Shown here: piece by piece, positions 49,162-57,941 of the stretch | Numbering within the stretch: the first letter of the stretch is position 1 | Layout: every line of letters begins with the position of its first letter | DNA from: Nanohaloarchaea archaeon B1-Br10_U2g21 | GTDB taxonomy: Archaea > Nanohalarchaeota > Nanosalinia > Nanosalinales > Nanosalinaceae | DNA length: 59,507 nt | Assembly: GCA_001563915.1 (NCBI GenBank) | Contig: LKMP01000005.1 | Location: 1-59,507 of the forward strand | Reading direction: 5' to 3' | Notes under the pieces: generated by a model | What the model was told of the DNA's origin: nothing | Database searches by the model: none | What the model saw: only the letters and a program-made list of their open reading frames with translations | Program-made: the position numbers and the translations under genes

Positions 49162-50052
49162 TTAATTAAGGGAAGGAATCATCATCTTCATGCAGAAAAC
49201 AGAGCCTCCAGCTTTCATGAACTCAGAAGTATCTGTTTCAACTACTTTAAATCCGTGGCTTTCCAGGAGTTCTTCTGTCTGCGTGTTTCCTTCTTGTATT
49301 ATTACGGACTCTTTGTCTGGGCAGTGTGCGTTACAGGCAAAACTCTCTGCAGCCTCGTTGATAGGGGCCTCGATTACGGTAGGCCATAGTCTGTGAATTT
49401 TAGCCAAAGATTCTTTACTGAACGCATCAGGAGCTATTAATACGGTTTTAGAGTCTAAAACTGTGAAGCATGTATCTAAATGGTAAAAACGATTATTATC
49501 TATCTTCAAAGTTACTATTTTAGATCTAGTATAGTTATTGAGAGCTTTATAGGCGTCTACGCTAGTTCTTATGCCGTGACCGCCCCATATAAGATCTTTG
49601 GAAGGATGCTTAATGGCATCACCCATGCCCTCAAATATTTTGTTTCTATCTATTCTTCTTATCTTAAACTCTGATTTTTTGTACCAGTCGTTTAATTGTT
49701 CTACTTCATTCTGTCGATGTTTTGAGGCCATATTACTCAGTACTACTTCTCTATGTCCATTATGGAAATAAGGAAAGCTCTGATTGGCCGTGAATACAAG
49801 ATCTGGTAGGCCTTCTACAGGTTCTAGTACATGTACATTATAGCCTAGAGACTCGTAGATTGACTTCAAATTTTCCCATTGTTTGAAAGCCTCTTGATTG
49901 TTAACCTTGTTCGAAGAGTCCATGTAAGGGTTAATCTCATATTTTACATCAAAGTACTCTGGATGAGCCATTAAAACGTCAAAATCTCTTTCCCGGTTTG
50001 TTACATCGGATAAATCAAAGTCAAGAGAGTTTAGTGAAGTGTAGACGGTCAT
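49162..50052 (-). CDS. Guanidino-group modifying (amidinotransferase/DDAH) superfamily hydrolase, arginine dihydrolase (ArgZ N-domain)-like
   Basis: FDVKYEINPYM, PDLVFTAN, FEGMGD, FYHLDTCF, FACNA, SEFMKAGGSVFCM. Confidence 0.8.
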   Translation of the reverse strand: MTVYTSLNSLDFDLSDVTNRERDFDVLMAHPEYFDVKYEINPYMDSSNKVNNQEAFKQWENLKSIYESLGYNVHVLEPVEGLPDLVFTANQSFPYFHNGHREVVLSNMASKHRQNEVEQLNDWYKKSEFKIRRIDRNKIFEGMGDAIKHPSKDLIWGGHGIRTSVDAYKALNNYTRSKIVTLKIDNNRFYHLDTCFTVLDSKTVLIAPDAFSKESLAKIHRLWPTVIEAPINEAAESFACNAHCPDKESVIIQEGNTQTEELLESHGFKVVETDTSEFMKAGGSVFCMKMMIPSLN

Positions 50053-50113
50053 AATTCTAGTTTAGAGATAGAGAAATAAAAAATAGAAAGAAAAAAGTAT
50101 GGAGAAATAGTGA

Positions 50114-51352
50114 TTATTTCTCATCTATATGGTTAGCCATGCGGCTCTGTAGCCCCCATAGTTCGATAAATCCTGGTGAAGCCTCTTGATTGAAGGTTTC
50201 TCCTTCTTTATATGTTGCAAGATTGTGGTCATATAATGCGTTAGGAGATTCTCTTCCTACTACCTTTGCTTCTCCTTTGTAGAGTTTCAGTCTTACTGTT
50301 CCGTCTACTTTCTGGTTAGAATTTTCTTGGAAGCTCTCAATATTATCCATTAATGGATCATTCCAGAGTCCTTGATAGGCCATTTCAGCCCATTTCTGGT
50401 CGAGAGATGGCTTGAAAGAGTTTTGGTGAGTGGTGGATACAAATTTTTCCAAGTCGTGATGCGCGTTTATGATGGTGATTGCAGCAGGGCACTCGTAGAT
50501 TTCTCTTGACTTTAGACCCACTACGCGGTCTTCAGTCATATCAATGATGCCTACTCCGTGTTTTCCAGCTATATCATTTAGCTCGGATATCAGCGAGGTT
50601 AGAGGCTGCTTCTCTCCATTTAACGCTATGGGTACGCCTTTCTCAAACTCCAGAGTTATGTATTCTGGTTCTTCGGGAGCATCTTCAGGTACTTGAACTA
50701 GTTCGAAGATATCATTAGGATACTCTTCTTCAGGATGCTCTAGTATTCCACATTCGATACTTCGTCCCCACAGATTTTCATCCGTAGAATAAGGAGAGTC
50801 TACATCGTTAGGAACAGGGATGCCGTTTTCCTCTGCGTACTCTAGCTCTTTATCTCTTGTCATTTCCATTGCTCGTACGGGGGCGACTACTGTAAGATCG
50901 GGGTCAAGAGACTGCATAGATACTTCGAAACGCACTTGGTCGTTACCTTTACCTGTGCTACCGTGAGCGACTGCATCCGCTCCAGTTTCTTTAGCTACTT
51001 CTACAGCAATTTCTGACTTTAAAGGTCTGGCTATGGCTGTGCTTAAAGGATACTGGCCTTGATACATTGCATTAGCTTTGATTGCTTTCGAAATGTATTT
51101 TTCTGCGAACTCTTCCTTTGCGTCGACTGCTACTGCGTCCACTGCTCCAAGTTCTAAGGCCTTTTCTTTAACCTCATCAAGTCTCGCATCTGGCTGACCG
51201 ATATCGATTGTAAGTGCTACGACTTCCGCATCGTAGTAGTCTTGCATCCATTTTACGAGTATAGATGTGTCTAGTCCTCCGGAGTAGAGAAGCACTATTT
51301 TGTCTATATTGGGTTTTTCATGCGTAGTTTCCGTGTTGTTGAGTAGTTCCAT
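50114..51352 (-). CDS. argG: Argininosuccinate synthase
   Basis: LYSGGLDTS, AHGSTGKGNDQVRFE, YSTDENLWGRSIECG, KSREIYECP. Confidence 0.96.
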   Translation of the reverse strand: MELLNNTETTHEKPNIDKIVLLYSGGLDTSILVKWMQDYYDAEVVALTIDIGQPDARLDEVKEKALELGAVDAVAVDAKEEFAEKYISKAIKANAMYQGQYPLSTAIARPLKSEIAVEVAKETGADAVAHGSTGKGNDQVRFEVSMQSLDPDLTVVAPVRAMEMTRDKELEYAEENGIPVPNDVDSPYSTDENLWGRSIECGILEHPEEEYPNDIFELVQVPEDAPEEPEYITLEFEKGVPIALNGEKQPLTSLISELNDIAGKHGVGIIDMTEDRVVGLKSREIYECPAAITIINAHHDLEKFVSTTHQNSFKPSLDQKWAEMAYQGLWNDPLMDNIESFQENSNQKVDGTVRLKLYKGEAKVVGRESPNALYDHNLATYKEGETFNQEASPGFIELWGLQSRMANHIDEK

Positions 51353-51370
51353 GTTTTAGTTGTACACCTC

Positions 51371-51456
51371 AAAAAAAATACGGGCCATCAGTCCTGTTTT
51401 TTAACAAAAAGTCTTCTGTATAATAGGAAAAAACTAGTTAGAAGGACTGATAACCG
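51371..51456 (-). terminator. Putative attenuator: long hairpin followed by U8 tract, immediately before the argG RBS
   Basis: Minus strand CGGUUAUCAGUCCU (51456-51443) pairs with AGGACUGAUGGCCCG (51395-51381); inner GUUUUUU/AAAAAAC; then UA-U8 and GAGGUG. Confidence 0.6.
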
Positions 51457-51458
51457 AT

Positions 51459-51527
51459 TTATCTGCGCCTAGCCCTATTCAAAGCTAATTTTACAAGTCT
51501 TGTGCTTTGAAGGTCTAGTAATCGCAT
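51459..51527 (-). CDS. Putative arginine leader peptide (uORF) MRLLDLQSTRLVKLALNRARRR
   Basis: 22-codon ORF in the arcA-argG spacer; 6 Arg, 4 of them in the last 5 codons; below the ORF-track size cutoff. Confidence 0.65.
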   Translation of the reverse strand: MRLLDLQSTRLVKLALNRARRR

Positions 51528-51549
51528 ATTGCTAAATCAACCTTGTTTC

Positions 51550-51557
51550 TTTTTAAA
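51550..51557 (-). promoter_or_regulatory. Candidate TATA box (TTTAAAAA) for a leaderless uORF-argG transcript
   Basis: 23-30 nt upstream of the uORF ATG, which is canonical archaeal spacing. Confidence 0.5.
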
Positions 51558-51558
51558 C

Positions 51559-52824
51559 CTACTCCCTGTTTATTGGAGTAGTCATACAGTGAACGCCTCC
51601 ATAACCATTTGTTAGGTTGTCAAGTTCAAGGCCTATGCCATCAGGTACAATCTCGACTCCGAAGTCTCTCATTCCTTCAATAGTTTCATTCAGTTCGGGA
51701 TCATACTCTCCATCCTCTCCTGCTTCATAAATTGGCATGACTTTATGGTCGTCCAGAGTGAGGAAGTTCGCACCGTTAGGAAGTTCATGTGCTGGTATAT
51801 CAACCCATTCATAACCTTGATCTTCTAAATATTCGGTTAATGATACTTCTCTGATAGGGTCATCAGTGTAGCCGCTTTCTTCTCGTTCGTATATATGAAC
51901 TAGCGCATCAGAAGCTAGTTCTTCATTCATTACGGCAAGCCCCTCTCCTGCAATATTAAACCAGGTGTCAAGATGCATGATGTTCATGTCAGCTTCGCCA
52001 TTTGCCAACATTTCTGCCTGTTTTTCTGCTGTTTCTTTAGGAGCGTGGACAAGACCTACTTCGTCATATGAAACGGCTCCGCTATCTAGCACCTCTTTTC
52101 CTGCATCATAAGTTGTTCTTAGTACGTCTCCATTTTCTGCTTCAACGCCTATCAGTGCAAAATTTCCGGCTGGGATGAACTCGCCACCTTCTATTGATTC
52201 GCTAGCTGAGATGGGGTCGTATACATCAGCATCTAGTGCGTTCCAGGCTTGTTTTGTAATCGGTACTTCAGATTGTCTTGTTGGGTACTTCATGTTACAC
52301 ATTATTGGTCCATTATCGCCGACCATTTGTTGATCTCGCTGGAAGAACATGTTTGTGATAGGATTTTCTAGGGTCATTGAGATCTCATCCGCTCTATCGT
52401 CTTTTATGGCGCCTCCATCAGTTTGGTGTTTTGGAGGATGTCTTGTTAGGTTAGGCTTCATAAGGATGGTCTGTAGTTGCTGCCTAGGTGAGAGATCTGC
52501 CCAGTTATCTCTTATTTCATCGTAAACTGGTTGCTGCCTATCTGCTGGAAGGTTATCGACATCTATATCTGAGTGTGAGTCAATTAGTTCTTCCATAGGT
52601 TCGCCTGCGAGGTCGTCGTAAAGTTGTCTTACTTCTACGCCGTTTTCTTCTAGGACGTTTACCATTTTTTGGTGTTCTCTTTGAGCTTTTTCAAGCGAAA
52701 ATGAGTCGAGAAATAAGTTTGCTTCAGGATCCATTGAACCAATAAGTGCTTCAACGCCCGGTGTTAGAACTCTTACTTGTTTTAAAGTGTCGTATTCTGC
52801 TTCAACAGTAGTATTAGAGTTCAT
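51559..52824 (-). CDS. arcA: Arginine deiminase
   Basis: AEYDTLKQV, AQREH, NMFFQRDQ, IEGGEF, MHLDTWFN, GYGGVHCMT. Confidence 0.88.
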   Translation of the reverse strand: MNSNTTVEAEYDTLKQVRVLTPGVEALIGSMDPEANLFLDSFSLEKAQREHQKMVNVLEENGVEVRQLYDDLAGEPMEELIDSHSDIDVDNLPADRQQPVYDEIRDNWADLSPRQQLQTILMKPNLTRHPPKHQTDGGAIKDDRADEISMTLENPITNMFFQRDQQMVGDNGPIMCNMKYPTRQSEVPITKQAWNALDADVYDPISASESIEGGEFIPAGNFALIGVEAENGDVLRTTYDAGKEVLDSGAVSYDEVGLVHAPKETAEKQAEMLANGEADMNIMHLDTWFNIAGEGLAVMNEELASDALVHIYEREESGYTDDPIREVSLTEYLEDQGYEWVDIPAHELPNGANFLTLDDHKVMPIYEAGEDGEYDPELNETIEGMRDFGVEIVPDGIGLELDNLTNGYGGVHCMTTPINRE

Positions 52825-52877
52825 TTTTACAACAAGCTCTATTTACTACTTGTATGTTAAAGTTTATATACATTTTC

Positions 52878-54620
52878 CTACATTTTATCTACGGTATTAA
52901 TACCTAAGACGCCTAGGCCGTTATTAAGCACTTCATGAGTTGCATCAGTTAAGGCTAACCTCTCCTTTTCTGTTTCAGAACCTAGTACTCTGTTTTCATG
53001 ATAAAAACTGTTGAAATCTTGTGATAAATCAAACAGATAATGTGCTACAGGCGCAGGATCATAACTCTCTTCTGCCCTCTCTAGAGCAAGAGGGTAGACT
53101 GCAAGAGATCTTGCAAGCTGAGTATCATTCTCGTCCAAGACAGGGTGGTCGGGCATTGATGCTAAGTCATCTGCATCTTCAAGTATAGACTCTGCTCTTC
53201 TAGCAGCGTATTGAATGTAAGGCCCGGAATTCTCGTTGAAAGAAGTCGCTTGATCCATATCAAATGTGATATTCTTGTCTCTACTAACTTTCACGTTCTC
53301 ATATTTGACAGCTCCTAATGCAATTTCTTCAGCAATCTCTGCTGCGACATCATTCTCAAGTTCAGGGTTATTCTCATTTACGATATCCAGAGCTTTTTCA
53401 TAAGTTTCATCTAATACTTCTCGAGCTGTGATTATTTGACCTCTTCTAGTCGACATACTTCCTTCGGGCAGGCTTATCATACCATAACTAATGTGTTCAA
53501 GCGAGTCGGAGTCATAGCCCATGAGACCTGCCGCCTCAAAGAGGTCCTGAAAGTATTCGTCTTGCTCACTCGCCACCACATAAAGCGCCTCATCTTGTCC
53601 GAATTCCTCCTCTCTGAAATCAATTGCTGCTAAATCTCTGGTAGGGTATAGAGTTGTGCCTTCAGAAGTAAGTATTACAAATTCATTACTGTCTTCTCCA
53701 TGATTAGGCTCCAAATCAATTATGACTGACCCATTATCTCCTTTTCTAGCTACTCCGTCTTCTAAAGCCTCTTCTACGATTTCATCAGTCCATCCATTCA
53801 TTACGTAAAATGATTCTCCAATCCATTCGTCAAACTCTACTCCAAGCCGATTATATGTTTCCTCAAATCTTTCTATACTCACATCTCTGAACTTTTCCCA
53901 TAGTTCTGTAGCTCTTTCATCTCCTTCTTCAAGTCTGCTGAACCATTCTCTGCCTTTCCCTCTTAATGCCTCAAGTTCCTCTTCGCTTCCTTGGTCTTGG
54001 AGTTCTGCTTCCTTCTGTCCGACTTTTTGGTATAGTTCTAGTAGGTGTTCTATTGGTTGTTCTTCTAGTTTGTTTTTGTTGCCCCATTGGTCGAATGCGT
54101 ACATGAGGTTTCCGAATTGTCCGCCCCAATCACCTAAATGATTGTCTTTAATAACTTCGTTTCCTCTGTGTTCGAGTACGTTTGAAAGCGCATCGCCCAT
54201 AACAGTGTTTCTAAGATGTCCGATATGCAGAGGTTTGGCGATGTTTGGTGAAGAGACGTCTTCAACAATTAAACGGTCTGAGTCTCCGGATCCATATTCT
54301 TCACGACTTTCTTGAATATGGTCTACTGTGTGTTTGGCAAAATGAGGTTCATCTAGGTGGAAATTTACGTAAGGTCCGTCAGCAGAAACGCTGTCTAGAA
54401 GAGGGTGATTGAATTCTTGTGCTGATAGCTCTTCCGATATTTCGTTCGGAGCTCTCTCGGCTATTTGCGCTGCTTGAAATGCCAGGGGCGTAGATAGATC
54501 TCCGCGTTCTTCACTAGGGTGAGTGTTGACATCTAAAGAGTGGTCTATATCATTTAAGTCTATCTCGGAAAGAGCCACATCAAGTTGTTCTTCTAGATCG
54601 GAACGGACTTCTTGGAACAT
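52878..54620 (-). CDS. argS: Arginine--tRNA ligase, copy 2
   Basis: SSPNIAKPLHIGHLRN, NHLGDWGGQFG, SMSTRRG, NSGPYIQY, FNSFYHENRVL; start set at ATG 54620 (MFQEVRSD). Confidence 0.94.
   Translation of the reverse strand: MFQEVRSDLEEQLDVALSEIDLNDIDHSLDVNTHPSEERGDLSTPLAFQAAQIAERAPNEISEELSAQEFNHPLLDSVSADGPYVNFHLDEPHFAKHTVDHIQESREEYGSGDSDRLIVEDVSSPNIAKPLHIGHLRNTVMGDALSNVLEHRGNEVIKDNHLGDWGGQFGNLMYAFDQWGNKNKLEEQPIEHLLELYQKVGQKEAELQDQGSEEELEALRGKGREWFSRLEEGDERATELWEKFRDVSIERFEETYNRLGVEFDEWIGESFYVMNGWTDEIVEEALEDGVARKGDNGSVIIDLEPNHGEDSNEFVILTSEGTTLYPTRDLAAIDFREEEFGQDEALYVVASEQDEYFQDLFEAAGLMGYDSDSLEHISYGMISLPEGSMSTRRGQIITAREVLDETYEKALDIVNENNPELENDVAAEIAEEIALGAVKYENVKVSRDKNITFDMDQATSFNENSGPYIQYAARRAESILEDADDLASMPDHPVLDENDTQLARSLAVYPLALERAEESYDPAPVAHYLFDLSQDFNSFYHENRVLGSETEKERLALTDATHEVLNNGLGVLGINTVDKM
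54025..54146. repeat. 122-bp identical tract, copy 2
   Basis: Identical to 46332-46453. Confidence 0.9.
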
Positions 54621-54753
54621 AATATGTCTTATATATTCTCTAAAATATTTATAACTTCTCAATGATTGCGCATGGGCGCTCAAGCTCTGAAAATATCTTC
54701 CAAAATCTTGGAACGCTTAAGGATATATAAATTAACGAGAACTAACACCAGCT

Positions 54754-55464
54754 ATGTCCATTGGAATCGCAAATGCTATTAAGAACGGTGTAAGTAATGC
54801 TGTTTCAAAAAATGGAGCAATATTTGTAGCATTATTTACCGCAATTTATCTGTTATATGATATAGCACTAGACACAATTTTAGCAGGTTTAGGCGAACCT
54901 CAAACTGGACTAGCTATAACAGCAAATGTAGGTTTAGGAGTTTCCCTTGCCGTAATGTATCTAATATCAATGATATACGTTACTTTAGTCCTACTAAGGA
55001 CTTTTGCGGCTGAAGAAACAAGTCATGTGCCGGAATCTATTTACAAGGAAAATCTTCTGTTACCGGCCATAAACCTTACAGTAGCTTCTATAATCTTCAC
55101 TCTGTTAGTGGGTATCGGAGCCTTAATGCTGGTAATACCAGGAATATTTTTGCTTGTAGCATTGTATTTCTACTCTTTTGAAGTCGCAGTACGAGATAAA
55201 AACTCTATACAGGCCTTGAAAGGTAGTTACGGATTAACAAAAGGTAATAGAATCGAACTCTTTGCCTTAGGAGTAACAGTAGTCTTAGCCTCGTTTGTTA
55301 TAGGATTGTTTACGTTACCGTTCCTAATATTTGCTGAACTGGGCGGCACAGGAGTGGCTTTAGTATCAATGATAGTACATAATCTGTTCCTCGCTATACT
55401 AATAGTAGGAGGATTTTCTATTGCAGCACAAGCTTACAATCAACTACTTGCAATGGAAGAGTAA
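54754..55464 (+). CDS. Multi-pass membrane protein (YciC/DUF975-like)
   Basis: LVIPGIFLLVALYF, ALKGSYGLTKGNR motif; about 6 TM segments. Confidence 0.7.
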   Translation: MSIGIANAIKNGVSNAVSKNGAIFVALFTAIYLLYDIALDTILAGLGEPQTGLAITANVGLGVSLAVMYLISMIYVTLVLLRTFAAEETSHVPESIYKENLLLPAINLTVASIIFTLLVGIGALMLVIPGIFLLVALYFYSFEVAVRDKNSIQALKGSYGLTKGNRIELFALGVTVVLASFVIGLFTLPFLIFAELGGTGVALVSMIVHNLFLAILIVGGFSIAAQAYNQLLAMEE

Positions 55465-55569
55465 GGTTTTGTCAAAAAGATTTTTTTAGTTTCAATCAGA
55501 TGACTTAGTTAGAACTCAATCTAATCTCTATAAATTTCGTTAAAAATCTGAAAAGCTACTAACAAGAGT

Positions 55570-55773
55570 ATGGCAGATACTGAGAATTATGTAGACAGGG
55601 AAGATCAGGCCTGGAGATTAGTGCTTATACTACTTGGCGCAGTTTCAGGAACTGCATCTATAGCTATACTCACAGGTTTCTGGCAAGAAGACATGATACT
55701 ATCGCCTATATTAGGAGTAATATCGATTTTATTGCTCACAGCTGGAGGCATTATAGGGAGAGAATCAGACTAG
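55570..55773 (+). CDS. Small 2-TM protein, possibly YgaP/DUF2892-like
   Basis: N.V...D...RL.L..LG pattern followed by 2 TM segments. Confidence 0.5.
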   Translation: MADTENYVDREDQAWRLVLILLGAVSGTASIAILTGFWQEDMILSPILGVISILLLTAGGIIGRESD

Positions 55774-55799
55774 TTAGAAGATTTTTCTTTTTTCTCTTA

Positions 55800-55860
55800 T
55801 TAGGAAATATAATTATTATCCATCTTTTTCCTCAATTTTGAAAAGTACTTCTTCAGTCAT
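55800..55860 (-). pseudogene. Decayed fragment of an amphi-Trp gene paralog
   Basis: MTEEVLFKIEEK then frameshift and stops; resembles MVEKVLFEIEKEM of 57509-57772. Confidence 0.45.
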
Positions 55861-56011
55861 AGCAGAACTCTTTGGATTGTAAAGATAAATGTCCTTTTGT
55901 TATGAGAGCACTTGCTTAGATTTGCTGAAATGTGTTAAAATGGTTGATAAATGACTATACTATAAAATGCCTAAAATAGATTAAAATCTGAAGAACCATA
56001 TTGCAACTACA

Positions 56012-56641
56012 GTGGAACGCGGAACTGTTTTAGCAAACCCTGCGGTAAACTTGAGTCTGCTTTTAGTTGCTGCATTTTTTATCCAGATTTATGCGAACTC
56101 GCTGGGTGCGATGGAAAACATTTTCTTACTCCAGATGCCGCTAGAGGAGAATCCATGGACAATATTAGCCAGTAACTTTGCTCATGTAGATGCTGCTCAT
56201 CTTTTCTCTAACTTGATTGCACTCCTTATTGTGGGTTTGCCTGTAGCAATGAAGGCATCTGAAATCAGGTTTTATCTGTTCTTTGTAGTGGTAGGTTCTA
56301 TGGCGGGAGCATCACAGATAATGGCTTTCTACTGGATGGGGCAGCTTGGAGTGATTGATGCCGGAACAGTAGGGGTTATGGGTGCAAGTGGAGGAATATT
56401 TGGGATAATAGGTTATCTTATTACCTCTAACCGAGTTTCTGCTTTATCATCTAAGTTTATGCCTCTCCCAAGCAAGATTAGGTATGCAGCATATTTAATT
56501 GTGGCAATATGGATAACTGCGGCGACAGCAAGCCCTCAGGCGGCGCTCGTGGGGCATTTCACAGGATTAGTATTAGGGCTGGTTGCAGGCAGAAGAAATT
56601 TGTTGAGAAGAAAGAAACAGATATCTACTTTGTCCTCCTAA
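56012..56641 (+). CDS. Rhomboid family intramembrane serine protease
   Basis: PW...S.FAH...HLFSN, catalytic GASG, A..GHFTG. Confidence 0.9.
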   Translation: MERGTVLANPAVNLSLLLVAAFFIQIYANSLGAMENIFLLQMPLEENPWTILASNFAHVDAAHLFSNLIALLIVGLPVAMKASEIRFYLFFVVVGSMAGASQIMAFYWMGQLGVIDAGTVGVMGASGGIFGIIGYLITSNRVSALSSKFMPLPSKIRYAAYLIVAIWITAATASPQAALVGHFTGLVLGLVAGRRNLLRRKKQISTLSS

Positions 56642-57437
56642 AATTCATATATGATATTGCTGAAGCCAGTAAAAAAGTAGCTCCTATGAGTTCAAGACTT
56701 TCTTCAATAAAATGATCTGTGAACATAAATGCTAGATCATCCCAGTCAGTACCATGCACGTCTATAATTCTCTGTTCAGCTGCGTTATAGGCTTCTTGAA
56801 GTTCTTCGCCGCCAATAGCAACAGTAGCGTTAAGTCCGACATCGCCTAGGTATGAAACGCCGAAGGAGTGTCCTGGTCCTGAAATTGTTACGGCTAATCC
56901 ATAGAATAGTCCTCCTAAAACTAGGAGAATCAGGGTTCTTCTATGATTTCTGATTTTTTCACCGTATCTTAAAAATGCGTATCCAGGTATTGCTGCTAGG
57001 GATCCAAAGTAGATTGTCTCAGCGATGTTGATTTGCTGCCAAGGAAGGTCAAGTATGTCTCTAAATAATGTGTGTCTTGGGTTTAGAGCATCTTCTATCA
57101 GCATTAGGGCTGCTGTAACTGCGAGGAGAGCCCAAAACTTTGTGTTTGCTCTGTCTTTTCTGTTAGAAGATTCTTTGTAGAGTCTGTAAGATGCAATTAT
57201 TAGGCCTGTTAGCAAGGTCCACTGGATTAGTTCAATAGGCGCTCGTTCCGCGAATAATGTGTTCCAGTAGAAAGGTACTATTCCTCCAGGTAATCCGCGT
57301 AAACCGAAAATATTCAAGATATCAACTAGTAAAACTAGCAAATAAGAAATTCCTAGAACTCCGAAGCCTGTCGCTAAAACGTGTCTATGCGTTACTTTAA
57401 CTGAAAGTGTTTTTTCCCGGATTTTTTCTAAGCTCAT
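56625..57437 (-). CDS. Multi-pass membrane protein of unknown function
   Basis: About 6 TM segments; E.IQW, LIEDALN.RH, IEESLELIG motifs. Confidence 0.7.
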   Translation of the reverse strand: MSLEKIREKTLSVKVTHRHVLATGFGVLGISYLLVLLVDILNIFGLRGLPGGIVPFYWNTLFAERAPIELIQWTLLTGLIIASYRLYKESSNRKDRANTKFWALLAVTAALMLIEDALNPRHTLFRDILDLPWQQINIAETIYFGSLAAIPGYAFLRYGEKIRNHRRTLILLVLGGLFYGLAVTISGPGHSFGVSYLGDVGLNATVAIGGEELQEAYNAAEQRIIDVHGTDWDDLAFMFTDHFIEESLELIGATFLLASAISYMNFRRTK

Positions 57438-57508
57438 ATATTGTGGTGAGGTCTGCCAAAAATTTTTGGCGAAAAAACTTTTTTGGCGGTTAGTTCTTTT
57501 TTCAAAAG

Positions 57509-57772
57509 TTATTTGATTGACAGGCCTTCATTAGATTCCTGTCTATTGCGTTTCCATTCGATTTCAAGTTCTAGGCTTTCTTCGCCATTCTCTTCCTCTA
57601 CCTTTATTTCGAACTCTGCAGGCCTATCTGTTTCTAGCTCTACTTTTTGGCTCTCTGATTCCAGAGTTATTGGTTCTCCGGACTCTATTTTTTCAGCTAT
57701 TGCTCTAAGTTTTCCTGCGATCTCTGCACCGTTCATTTCTTTTTCTATCTCGAAAAGAACTTTTTCAACCAT
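57509..57772 (-). CDS. Amphi-Trp domain protein
   Basis: EIAGKLRAIAEKI, FEIKVEE, SLELEIEW. Confidence 0.8.
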   Translation of the reverse strand: MVEKVLFEIEKEMNGAEIAGKLRAIAEKIESGEPITLESESQKVELETDRPAEFEIKVEEENGEESLELEIEWKRNRQESNEGLSIK

Positions 57773-57941
57773 ACTTGCCTTTGATAGTTAAGCGATAAAT
57801 AAGTTGAGGTCGGCCAGTATAACAATATTTTTTGTTTTTGACTTTCTTGATAGGCCTGATTTGGCTGTTTGAGATATTGTTTACTGTGAAAAATTGTGTT
57901 GAAGGCCTAAGATTTTTATTCAGTCTAGTTAAATTCTTCTT

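Noticed and set aside
54621-54683. Extended N-terminus of argS copy 2 given in the ORF track
   Set aside because: Begins at TTG in an AT-rich promoter-like spacer; ATG 54620 aligns with the paralog's N-terminus
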